DNA from: Pirellulales bacterium | GTDB taxonomy: Bacteria; Planctomycetota; Planctomycetia; Pirellulales; PALSA-1355 | Reading direction: 5' to 3' | Length of the DNA: 64,000 nucleotides | Assembly (NCBI GenBank): GCA_963733035.1 | Contig: CAVTBU010000004.1 | Location: 288,001-352,000 of the forward strand | In this document: piece by piece, positions 9,357 through 19,249 of the stretch | How positions within the stretch are numbered: the first letter of the stretch is position 1 | How the letters are laid out: every line of letters starts with the position of its first letter | Notes under the pieces: generated by a model | Database searches by the model: none | Seen by the model: the letters and a program-made list of their open reading frames with translations, nothing else | What the model was told of the DNA's origin: nothing | Translations under genes and position numbers: made by a program

Positions 9357-10730
9357 ATGCAAACTAGCGGCAAGGCCACGCGAATCAGATTGTGCAACTT
9401 TTCTACCCCGCAGATGCGCGCGTTCCACATGTCGTGGTTGGCGTTCTTTCTATGTTTCTTCGCTTGGTTCGGCATTGCACCGTTGATGCCAATCGTGCGC
9501 GAGGAGATGGGGCTGACGAAGTCGCAGGTCGGTTGGTGCGTGATCGGATCCGTGGCGATTACTGTGCTGGCCCGGCTGTTCGTCGGCTGGCTGTGCGACA
9601 AGATCGGCCCGCGCCGAGCCTATGCTGGCCTGCTTGTGGCCGGATCGCTGCCCGTGATGGGCATCGCGCTCTCCAGTGACTTTCAGACGTTCCTCTTGTT
9701 TCGCGTGCTAATTGGCGCGATCGGCGCATCTTTTGTCATTACGCAGTACCACACTTCGCTAATGTTCGCCGGCAACTGCGTCGGTACGGCCAACGCCACG
9801 ACCGCCGGTTGGGGAAATCTCGGCGGCGGCGTGACGCAGTTCGTGATGCCGCTCGTTCTCGCCATGTTCGTCGGCGTGCTGGGATTCTCTTCGGCGGCCG
9901 GCTGGCGACTGTCGATGGTCGTAGCTGGCGTAGCCTGTGCTTTGACCGGCGCGGCGTATTTTATGCTCACGCAGGACACACCCGAGGGCGACCTGAAGCA
10001 GCTACGCGCCGCCGGTAAACTGGCCCCGTCGAAGGATGCCCATGGCGCGTTTCTGGAAGCTTGCCGCGACAAGCGCGTGTGGGCGTTGGCAATTATGTAC
10101 GGCGCCTGCTTCGGCATCGAGTTGACCGTGAACAACGTGGCCGCACTATACTTCGTCGACTACTTCGCCGCCTTTCAGGAAATGGAGACCATTCAGGCCG
10201 CCAAGTACGCCGGCCTGATCGCCGCCTCGTTCGGACTGATGAACCTGTTTGCCCGCACGCTTGGAGGCTTCTTCGGCGACAAATGCGGCGGCGTCTGGGG
10301 ACTCTCGGGCCGCGTCAAATGGCTGTTTGTCACCCTCTTCTTCGAAGGCCTGCTATTGATGCTGTTTTCGCAGATGAACGTCCTGGCGCTGGCAATCCCG
10401 GCGCTAGTCGTCTTCAGCCTCTTCGTACAGATGTCCGAAGGCGCGACGTTTTCCATCGTGCCCTTCGTGAATCGCAGGGCCTTGGGATCGGTGTCGGGAA
10501 TGGTGGGGGCCGGCGGCAATGCGGGGGCGGTAGCGGCCGGCTTTCTGTTCAAGGCCGAAGGGATTTCCTGGCCAACGGCATTCCTGGTCATCGGCGCGGC
10601 CGTGACCACGATTTCATTTCTGAGCTTCGCCGTCCGATTTGGCGAGGGAGCCGAGGCCGCGTTTGACCACCCATTCGAACCGTCCCGACGTCCCACCATC
10701 GCGTATCAGCCCGTCCTTCAGGAGTCCTGA
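9357..10730 (+). CDS. narK: MFS nitrate/nitrite transporter (NarK/NRT2 family)
   Basis: RAFHMSWLAFFLCFFAWFG, nitrate signature GTANATTAGWGNLGGG, FGIELT, ARTLGG, GMVGAGGNAG; about 12 TMs. Confidence 0.93.
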   Translation: MQTSGKATRIRLCNFSTPQMRAFHMSWLAFFLCFFAWFGIAPLMPIVREEMGLTKSQVGWCVIGSVAITVLARLFVGWLCDKIGPRRAYAGLLVAGSLPVMGIALSSDFQTFLLFRVLIGAIGASFVITQYHTSLMFAGNCVGTANATTAGWGNLGGGVTQFVMPLVLAMFVGVLGFSSAAGWRLSMVVAGVACALTGAAYFMLTQDTPEGDLKQLRAAGKLAPSKDAHGAFLEACRDKRVWALAIMYGACFGIELTVNNVAALYFVDYFAAFQEMETIQAAKYAGLIAASFGLMNLFARTLGGFFGDKCGGVWGLSGRVKWLFVTLFFEGLLLMLFSQMNVLALAIPALVVFSLFVQMSEGATFSIVPFVNRRALGSVSGMVGAGGNAGAVAAGFLFKAEGISWPTAFLVIGAAVTTISFLSFAVRFGEGAEAAFDHPFEPSRRPTIAYQPVLQES

Positions 10731-10748
10731 GCGAAGGAAGTCCCCGTT

Positions 10749-13584
10749 ATGGCTAACCCGGTCGAAGTCTGGAAGGCCGAAAAGCACGGGCTAGACGTGT
10801 GGACCGACGTGGAGCGCCACGCGGTCGCCGGCACGCCGATGAAGCAAATCGATACGGCCGACCTGGAGCGCATGAAATGGTACGGCTTCTTCTACCGCAA
10901 GCGCGACGAGCCTGGTCGGTATATGAACCGCATCCGTATCACGGCTAATGAAATGACCGCCGCGCAGGCCAAGGAGATCGCCCGGCTGGCCTATGAGTTC
11001 GGCCACGGCATTGTCGACGTCACCACCCGCGCCAACGTGCAGATTCAAGGGATTTCGATCGAGCGCCTGCCCGAAGTGCGCGAGCGGCTCGAGGCAGTCA
11101 AGCTGACGTCCAAGCAAACGGGCCACGACAACATCCGCAATGTCTTCGGCCACCCGTTCAGCGGACTCATGCCTGAGGAGCTGATCGACACTCGCGACTT
11201 GTGCCACCAGTTGACGGCGTTGTTTGTCGACAGCCGAGAGTACTCCGACCTGCCGCGCAAAATGAACATCTGCATGAACGGCACGAATGAGCACTCGGCG
11301 CATTTCTGGACGCAGGACATTAGCTATCTGGCCACGAGAACGGACAACGCCGAAGTGTTGTTTCGCGTGCTAATTGGCGGGACGCAGGGGCAGAACCCAC
11401 ATCTGGCGTGGCACTTGCCGGTGTTGGTGGCTCCGCATCAAGTTGTGGACGTGACTCGATCGATTCTCGATTTGTATCGAGCGAAGGGTACCCGGGACAA
11501 GCGCAGCGTGGCCAGGTTCTGTTTCTTGATGGATGCCATCGGCGTCCAGGGCGTTCTCGCCTGGCTGGCGCAAGATCTCGACTTTCCGCTGGTACCATGT
11601 CACCGCTCTCCCGCGCCCTCGCTGGCGCACGATGAGCTAGTCGGCTGGTTTCCGCAGGCCGATCGTCAAATGTGGACGATGGGATTGTGCGTTCCCTTGG
11701 GACGCATGACCTGGCAACAACTTGAGGGATTGGGAGTGTTGGCCGAGCGTTGGGGCGACGGTGGGCTGCGAACCACGCACGAACAAGGTATGGCGGTCGT
11801 CAACATACCGACCCGGCACAAACAAGCGGCGCTGACTGACGCCGCCGCATTAGGGCTGAGCATCCATGCCGATGCGCTGGATCGCAACACGATGGCCTGC
11901 ACGGGCAGCCAGTTCTGCAATATCGCGGTCACGGAAACCAAGGGGCACATGTTCCAGTTGCTGGAGAAGCTCCGCAAGAAGCAAGTTCGCCTGGAAGGCA
12001 TTCGCATTCACATGAGTGGCTGCCCTTCGAGTTGCGCAGCACTTCACGGCGGATATCGGATTGAAGGGCGTGCGGGTTCGGCGTTTGCTGGGCACGCGTG
12101 AAGGGTTCGACGTCTACCTCGGCGGCGGTATCGGAGACGGCGTACAGATGGGCCGTACGTTTCGACTCGGCGTTGACATCGATCAACTCCCCACCTTGAT
12201 CGAAGAAGTCGTCACGCAGTACTACCTGTCTCACAAGCCGGGCCAGACATTCAGCGCTTATTGGCGCGAACAACTTCCCGCGGACAGCTCCGTCAAAGTC
12301 TCGGACGACGATTTCAATCCGCCAATTTGGACCTGCGAGAAGTGCCGTCACGAGCATGTCGGCGTCGACCCGCCCGTCTTTTGTCCCTCGTGTGCTGGCC
12401 TGCGACGGTATTTCGCTCGGCTCGAAGATGCAGCTGACCGGAACGGGTCGTCCACCGAGGGGGAAGCTGCGGCTGCGGAAGGCCCTGCCCGCAGTGATGG
12501 ATTCGTGTTCGCCGCCGAGGAATCGTCGATACCAGAGGGTGCGGGATTGGATGTCAAGGTTGGCGGAAAAGAGCTGGCACTGTTTCGTGTCGGTGGCAAT
12601 ATCCACGCGATCGACGCGATCTGTCCCCATGAGGGCGCCCCGCTGTCGCAGGGTGCGCTACAAGAAGGAGTCGTCACTTGCCCGTGGCACGGTTGGACGT
12701 TCAACGCCTGCTCCGGTTGCAGCATCGATCCGCCCAACAACGATGTCGGCCACTACGATACGCTCGTCGAGGAGACAGGCGTGTACGTGAAAGTAACGTC
12801 CGAACGACTCGCGTCCAGGGCCGCGATGTCGGTACGCCGCGCCGTGAAGCCGGTCGAAGCGCTGCTGCGTCTCTCCCAGATCATCGACGAAGCGCCCGAC
12901 GTGCGGACGTTTCGATTTGACAATCGCGCCGGCGTGCTGCCGCTGGACTATCCCGGCAGATTCGTCAAAATTTGCGTGTGCGCCGAATCGCAGGAGGTCC
13001 GGCGCAGCTTCACCATTAGTTCGTCGCCCCATGAACGAGCGTTTGTCGACCTCACAATCAAGCGGAACCCGAGCGGCGTGGCATCGCAGTGGCTGTTCGA
13101 GCACGCTCGAACCGGCGACGAGTTCAAACTAAGCGGGCCGTACGGCGGGTTCTATTTCGACGGCGAACAGCATTGCGAGCCGCTGGTGCTCGTGTCGGCC
13201 GGCAGCGGCATCACGCCGATGATGAGCATCGCTCGTTGGTGGCGAGCCCAAGATCTTGAAAACCCGTGTGCGTTCTTCCATGGCGCGCGGACGGCCGACG
13301 ACATTTTGTTTCACGCCGAATGTACACAACTGGCCAGTGAGTCGGTCAACTTCGCATACCATGTGTCGTTGTCTTGTCCCAACGAATTCTGGCAGGGATT
13401 GAACGGTCGGCTTACCCCAGAAACCTTGATACGGCAAGTCCGTGAACCGATGCTATGCCGCTACTTCCTTTGCGGTCCCAATGATTTCATGGATTGCCTC
13501 CGCAATGGGCTGTCCGCGGCCGGCGTGCCAGCCCATCGAATCCACACGGAACAGTTCCACAATTCCGCCGCGGTCAAGGCATGA
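10749..13584 (+). CDS. nirA: Siroheme nitrite reductase (NirA-type) fused to rubredoxin-like, Rieske [2Fe-2S] and FAD/NAD(P)-binding reductase domains; split by one frameshift near 12035
   Basis: NirA motifs KWYG, TTRANVQ, DNIRN, LPRK, ACTGSQFC and GCPSSC continue as AQHFTADIG in the other frame. Then CEKC-x12-CPSC, CPH..CPWHGW, RSFTISS, GSGITP, LCGP, TEQF. Confidence 0.85.
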
Positions 13585-15317
13585 CTTCGCTTCCCATCAT
13601 CAATGTCGCGATCACTTCAGCGAGCACCTCCGGCGGCCACAAGGCCGAGCTCAGCGGCGAATTCTCGTTGGTTGAACTCTTGCTTCGCGAGCAGCAGGAC
13701 CTAACGGCCGTCGAGCGGTTCGCACGCCACCACGACACGGGCGCCTTTCCAGCAGCCGAGAAACAGTATCGTTCCTTGATGCCAGCCACTTCACCTGGGC
13801 CGGGCCAGCAATACGGGTTTGACGTTGCGCTTGACCGTTGCAGTGGCTGCAAGGCATGCGTCACGGGCTGCCACGTGTTGAACGGCCTTGACGAAGACGA
13901 GACCTGGCGCGACATCGGCTTGCTGGTAGGCGGAACGCGCTCGTCGCCGGTCGCGCAGCACGTAACCACGGCCTGTCATCATTGCCTAAGCCCGGCGTGC
14001 ATGACTGCCTGCCCGGTAAACGCGTACGAAAAAGACGCCCACACCGGCATCGTCAAGCATCTCGATGACCAGTGTTTCGGCTGTCAATACTGCACGATGG
14101 CTTGCCCTTACGAGGTTCCCAAGTATCACGCGGCCAAGGGCATTGTGCGCAAGTGCGACATGTGTGCCACGCGTTTGGCCGCCGGCGAGGCCCCGGCTTG
14201 CGTGCAGGCTTGCCCGCACGAGGCTATCTCCATCCGCTTGGTGGACGTGCGGGAGGTGATTGAGGACGCCGAGGCCGCGAACTTCCTGCCGGCGGCGCCG
14301 GATCCGCAAATCACGTATCCGACGACCACCTATCGAACGCGACTCGTATTTCCCCGCAATATGCTGCCGGTCGACTATTTCCAGGTGAATCCGCAACATC
14401 CGCATTGGCCGCTGGTCGTGATGCTCGTGCTAACGCAACTCTCGGTGGGTGCCTTTGCCGTGGGTATGGTGCTCGACGAAATTCTCCACGGCAGCCTGTC
14501 TGCCACAATGAGGCAGTTCCATGGTCTGACCGCGCTAGTATTCGGGCTCGTGGCAATGGCGGCCAGCACGTTTCACCTTGGCCGGCCTCAATATGCCTAC
14601 CGGGCGATTCTCGGATTGCGGCATTCGTGGATGAGTCGCGAGATCCTGGCGTTTGGACTCTTTGCCGCCTTGGCATGTACCTACGCCGGCGCGTTGATGC
14701 TGCCGGTGCCATGGATGCTGGGCCGTCGAGTGCTGCCGTGGCTCGGCATTGGCGTCGTGGCCGCGGGCGGCGCCGGGATCGTCGGATCGGTGATGATCTA
14801 TGCCACTCTCGGACGCGACTATTGGAGCTACACGCGCACCTCCCTGCGCTTTTTGCTCACGGCGGGCCTCCTGGGCACGGCCACGGCGTGGCTTACTGCC
14901 GCGTTGCTTTCCCTGGTGAATCCCTTAGTAGGAACGGAGGCAATCCTCGCGTCCGTGGGAAGGATACTCTGTCCAACGCTGTTGGTGCTGGCCTCGGTAA
15001 AGCTGCTCTGGGAGGCCTCGCTGCTCCGGCACCGGATGTCGCGCTCCATGACCCAGTTGAGACGCTCTGCGACGCTGATGACGGGAGAGCTGTCGAACTA
15101 TACTTTGGCCCGATTTGCCACAGGCCTGGCAGGCGGCATCGTGATTCCGGCAATCCTGCTCTGGAGAATGCGATCGGGAGACGCACCTGCCGATCCGGTC
15201 GCACTGGCGGCGCTAACGGCAGTCCTCTTTTCGGCCTGCCTGACCGGCGAGCTTCTGGAACGCTATCTCTTTTTCGCCGCGGTGGCCGCGCCGCGGATGC
15301 CGGGAGCCGTTCGCTGA
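13581..15317 (+). CDS. DmsB-like multi-[4Fe-4S] domain fused to DmsC/NrfD-type membrane anchor
   Basis: ATGA overlap with the upstream gene. Cys groups [49 protein letters not shown]. About 8 TMs with [25 protein letters not shown] and [10 protein letters not shown]. Confidence 0.9.
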   Translation: MTSLPIINVAITSASTSGGHKAELSGEFSLVELLLREQQDLTAVERFARHHDTGAFPAAEKQYRSLMPATSPGPGQQYGFDVALDRCSGCKACVTGCHVLNGLDEDETWRDIGLLVGGTRSSPVAQHVTTACHHCLSPACMTACPVNAYEKDAHTGIVKHLDDQCFGCQYCTMACPYEVPKYHAAKGIVRKCDMCATRLAAGEAPACVQACPHEAISIRLVDVREVIEDAEAANFLPAAPDPQITYPTTTYRTRLVFPRNMLPVDYFQVNPQHPHWPLVVMLVLTQLSVGAFAVGMVLDEILHGSLSATMRQFHGLTALVFGLVAMAASTFHLGRPQYAYRAILGLRHSWMSREILAFGLFAALACTYAGALMLPVPWMLGRRVLPWLGIGVVAAGGAGIVGSVMIYATLGRDYWSYTRTSLRFLLTAGLLGTATAWLTAALLSLVNPLVGTEAILASVGRILCPTLLVLASVKLLWEASLLRHRMSRSMTQLRRSATLMTGELSNYTLARFATGLAGGIVIPAILLWRMRSGDAPADPVALAALTAVLFSACLTGELLERYLFFAAVAAPRMPGAVR

Positions 15318-17530
15318 TGGGATCAAATGATGCCAAACCGGGCTCTGGGCTCCTCGGCGTGGCCCGCACGGGACCGCTGACACGAGAGCTGCTGCTCGTG
15401 CCGGGCGACTTCGGACTGGGCCATGTTCCCGCTAAGGCGCAGCCAGATGCGACAACGCGCACAGTGTGCGGCTATTGCTCGACGGGCTGCAGTCTAGACG
15501 TGCACTTGAAGGATAATGCGGCGGTCGCGCTTTCGCCGACGGTCGACCATCCGGTGAACCTCGGCATGGCCTGTCCCAAGGGATGGGAAGCGCTTAGCGT
15601 CTTGCAGTCGCCAGACCGAGCCGGAACGCCGCTGTTGCGCACCGATGACGGGCCGCTGTCGCCAGTAAACTGGGAGCAGGCGGCAAACGCGTTCGTCGTG
15701 CAAATGAAGCGCATTCAGGCAGCCCATGGCAACGAGGCCATCGCTTTTCTCAGCACTGGCCAAATCGCCACCGAGGAGATGGCCCTGCTCGGGGCAGTGG
15801 CCAAGTTTGGCATGGGCATGGTGCACGGCGACGGCAACACGCGGCAGTGCATGGCCACTGCGGTGGTCGCCTATCAGGAATCGTTTGGCTTCGACGCGCC
15901 GCCATTTACGTATGAAGATTTCGAGTTGTCAGACGTCTTGGTCTTCGTGGGCAGCAACGTCTGCATCGCGCACCCGATCATGTGGGAGCGTGTGATGCGC
16001 AATCCGCACAATCCCGAAATCGTGGTGATTGATCCCCGCGCGACGGAAACCGCGATGGCGGCCACGCAACACCTTCCGGTGCGACCCAAATCGGACTTGA
16101 CGTTGCTTTACGGCGTCGCCAGGCTGCTCGTCGAGCGGGGCTGGATTCACGCGGAGTACATCGCCGCACACACCCACGAATTCGAGGCATTTCGAGAATT
16201 CCTGATTGCATTTCCGCTGGAGCGCGTCGCCGCGGAAACCGGGATCGCCGCCGGCAAGCTCGAGTGGCTGGCCCGCACGATCCACGAAGGGCAGCGTGTT
16301 TCATTCTGGTGGACGATGGGCGTCAATCAAAGCCACCAAGGAGTGCGCACCGCGCAGGCGCTGATCAATCTTGCGCTGATGACCGGCAATATCGGCCGGC
16401 CAGGCACGGGCGCCAATTCGATTACCGGGCAGTGCAATGCCATGGGGTCGCGACTGTTTAGCAATACGACGAATCTGCTGGGCGGTCGCGCGTTCGACGA
16501 TCGTGTACACCGCCGTGAAGTCGCCGACATCCTCGAAATCGACGAACGACGCATTCCGCGCAACAAGGGCTGGTCGTACGACCGCATCATGGAAGGAATT
16601 CTCGCTGGCAAGATCCGCGGCCTCTGGGTCATCTGCACGAACCCGGCCCATTCGTGGATCAACCAGTCGCAAGCCCGCGACATTCTCGACCGGCTTGATT
16701 TCCTCGTCGTGCAAGACATGTACACCACGACCGAAACCGCCGAAATGGCCGATCTAGTCCTACCCGCCGCAGGCTGGGGAGAAAAGGAAGGCACATTTAT
16801 CAACTCAGAGAGGCGAATTGGCTTGCACAAGAAAGTCGCGCATGCTCCAGGTGCTGCCCTTTCCGACTTCGCGATTTTCCAATTGTTGGCGGAGTATTGG
16901 GGATGTGGTGAGATGTTTCGCAAGTGGCAGTCACCCGAGGCCGTTTTCCAGATCCTCAAGCGCCTGTCGGCCGGCCGGCCGTGCGACTTCAGCGGGATCG
17001 ATGATTATCAGATGCTCGACGGCGCGGGCGGGATTCAATGGCCGTACCCAACTCAAGACCCGGACGATCGGCCGCAGCGCCGGCTGTTCAGCGACGGGCG
17101 ATTCTACCATCCGGACGGCAAGGCCCGGTTCGTGTTCGAAGAAACGCATGCGATGCCCGAGCAACCAAACGAACATTACCCATTCTTGCTGCTCACCGGG
17201 CGCGGTTCGGCCTCGCAGTGGCATACCCAAACCCGCACGGCGAAGTCCGCCGTGCTGCAAAAGCTCTACTGCCGCGACGCGTATGTTGAAATCGCGCCTG
17301 CCGACGCTTCGGAGCTCTCGATCGTGCGCGGTCAATGGGTGCGCATCTCCTCCCAGCGAGGAAGCATTCTCGCCAAGGCCGTGATCATGCCGACCGTGCA
17401 GCCCAAGCAACTCTTCGTGCCGATGCACTACACTCAGACCAACCTGCTGACCGACGCCGTATTCGACCCCTACTCTCGGCAGCCGGCATACAAAGCCTGC
17501 GCGGTAAGGATCGATGCCCTGGCGCACTGA
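15317..17530 (+). CDS. nasA: Molybdopterin nitrate reductase catalytic subunit (NasA/NarB/NapA family), no Tat signal
   Basis: ATG overlaps the upstream [15 protein letters not shown] [4Fe-4S] motif, NTRQCM Mo-ligand Cys, [46 protein letters not shown]. Confidence 0.88.
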   Translation: MGSNDAKPGSGLLGVARTGPLTRELLLVPGDFGLGHVPAKAQPDATTRTVCGYCSTGCSLDVHLKDNAAVALSPTVDHPVNLGMACPKGWEALSVLQSPDRAGTPLLRTDDGPLSPVNWEQAANAFVVQMKRIQAAHGNEAIAFLSTGQIATEEMALLGAVAKFGMGMVHGDGNTRQCMATAVVAYQESFGFDAPPFTYEDFELSDVLVFVGSNVCIAHPIMWERVMRNPHNPEIVVIDPRATETAMAATQHLPVRPKSDLTLLYGVARLLVERGWIHAEYIAAHTHEFEAFREFLIAFPLERVAAETGIAAGKLEWLARTIHEGQRVSFWWTMGVNQSHQGVRTAQALINLALMTGNIGRPGTGANSITGQCNAMGSRLFSNTTNLLGGRAFDDRVHRREVADILEIDERRIPRNKGWSYDRIMEGILAGKIRGLWVICTNPAHSWINQSQARDILDRLDFLVVQDMYTTTETAEMADLVLPAAGWGEKEGTFINSERRIGLHKKVAHAPGAALSDFAIFQLLAEYWGCGEMFRKWQSPEAVFQILKRLSAGRPCDFSGIDDYQMLDGAGGIQWPYPTQDPDDRPQRRLFSDGRFYHPDGKARFVFEETHAMPEQPNEHYPFLLLTGRGSASQWHTQTRTAKSAVLQKLYCRDAYVEIAPADASELSIVRGQWVRISSQRGSILAKAVIMPTVQPKQLFVPMHYTQTNLLTDAVFDPYSRQPAYKACAVRIDALAH

Positions 17531-17879
17531 CCACCTGGACCAGATTCTTAGACGCGGTTCGTCTTCCGTCGCCACGACTCATAAAGCCCTGCCGCAACGA
17601 GCCTTGCAGCATGGACGCTTTCAAGCATGGGGCAGCCGGTGATCCTGGTGCTGCGCAATTACAATCTGGGGCGATTGCGACCGGCGACTTCCGCTATAAC
17701 TACGAGAAGTGGTGGCTGCCATCGAAGCCGATCGTGATGCGGCTATGGGGTCCCTGGTCCTAAGTAACAAGCGTTCGGTTCGCGCATCGGATTTGATCGG
17801 AATTGAATTTCGACAGGCTGATCCTCGACGGCTAGCCATGCCATAGTTTCCGCAACCCCAATTCGCAGGAGTCGCCAAA

Positions 17880-18311
17880 ATGCAAACAGATCGACGACAC
17901 ATGCTTGCGTTCGTTTTGTCGCTAGTTGTGGTGGCAAGTCCATTGACCGTGGTTGCGGGCGACCCCGCCGAGGCCCCCCTCGCTGATCGTCTTATTGGAA
18001 CCTGGGTCCTGGTCGGCACACCGGAAAAGGTGGGCGAAGTCCCCAAGGCCGGCGGCCGACTCAAGTTCTTCACCGGCAAATGTTGGTGCATCACCCAAGC
18101 CGATCCAGCGACCGGTAAGGTGCGGTTCCATCATGGCGGAACCTACAGCCTGGATGGCAACAAGATGACGTCGGTCGTCGACTACGCCGGCGAGTCGACC
18201 GAATTCCGCTTAAACACGACCAGCAACTTTGAAATCAAAGTCGACGGCGACACCTACACGCAAATCGGCCTCGACAATCCCTACACCGAAGTCTGGAAAC
18301 GCGTAAAGTAA
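17880..18311 (+). CDS. Small secreted hypothetical protein, lipocalin-like beta-barrel
   Basis: Signal peptide, LIGTWVLV, GGTYSLDG, EVWKRVK. Confidence 0.7.
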   Translation: MQTDRRHMLAFVLSLVVVASPLTVVAGDPAEAPLADRLIGTWVLVGTPEKVGEVPKAGGRLKFFTGKCWCITQADPATGKVRFHHGGTYSLDGNKMTSVVDYAGESTEFRLNTTSNFEIKVDGDTYTQIGLDNPYTEVWKRVK

Positions 18312-19249
18312 CTCGTCAAGAGACTAACGCCCTTTACCCCCTTGGAATTTACAGCGCTGCGACAATCGGCTGTCCGTGCCACTCTGCGCCTACGCTGCCA
18401 GTGCGCAACGCGCGGCCGGCGAGTCTTGGTCCGCGGCCGCCAGGCCAGCGTCGTGGGTCTTGCCAATCTGCAGGCGAGTATGCCGCGGCGGCTGGCCCGA
18501 TTGCAAGCGTGCGAGCGCGCGCGAATTCTTCGGCGTCTTGACCAACCTCCAAGTCGGTCGACGACTTGCTCAATCTGTCGTTACTTGGCCCGGTTCGGAA
18601 TTCGCAAAGTTTTCGAGTGGCCTTTTTTCGGGCTGAAAGTTGCGCGCACTTTTCTTTTCGCCTTTTGTAACCTGAAAAATGACATATGTCGTAGCCCGCA
18701 GCTTTCGCATTTTGCCCGAAATGAAACATGACGGTCCTCCGCGCGTCCCCTGTGCAGAATTTGCCGACCGTAGGCTAGCCCAACGGCTGGCTCGATTGAT
18801 AGAGGCAAAGTTTTGGAGGGGCCTACAACACGCGGCACGGCAGGAAGAATACGAGCAAGACGCCGCAATGCAGAGTCGCTACCAGTTGCAGCCGTGAAGA
18901 TCCACTGCCGCCATCGACGTTGCGGCCGAACTGCGCCGAGCGGGCTCGGCGCCACGCAAGCCCGTAGCGCGCGATGCGCAACGACCGCCGCTTCCCGCGG
19001 CTCGACCCTTTCGGGCGACCAACTTTTTTGCCCGGAATTCTCTGGACAAAGCTAGCGGGTTCCTTTACTCTGACGGGTGGCGTGTGGGCCGCCTCCTTTT
19101 GGATCGTTTATTTTTCGCGTGGCCCACGCGGACGAAAATCGGGTCGACAGTTGGCAGGACGAAGAGGCTCGCGAGGGCAACGCGAGAGTCCGGCCGAGCG
19201 AAGTGCGTCTTATTTTCGTTATCGCGTTCCTACGGACAGAGGAAGAGCC

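Noticed and set aside
12030..12045. Programmed ribosomal frameshift in nirA
   Set aside because: There is no slippery heptamer, the break cuts a core siroheme-binding motif, and it matches the GCGC error pattern.
14405..15316. N-terminal extension making a 1041-aa nitrate reductase
   Set aside because: It is an off-frame overlap with the anchor gene; the real start is the coupled ATG at 15317.
17560..17763. Possible gene remnant (..GDFRYNYEKWW..)
   Set aside because: Short, with no recognisable family or clear start.
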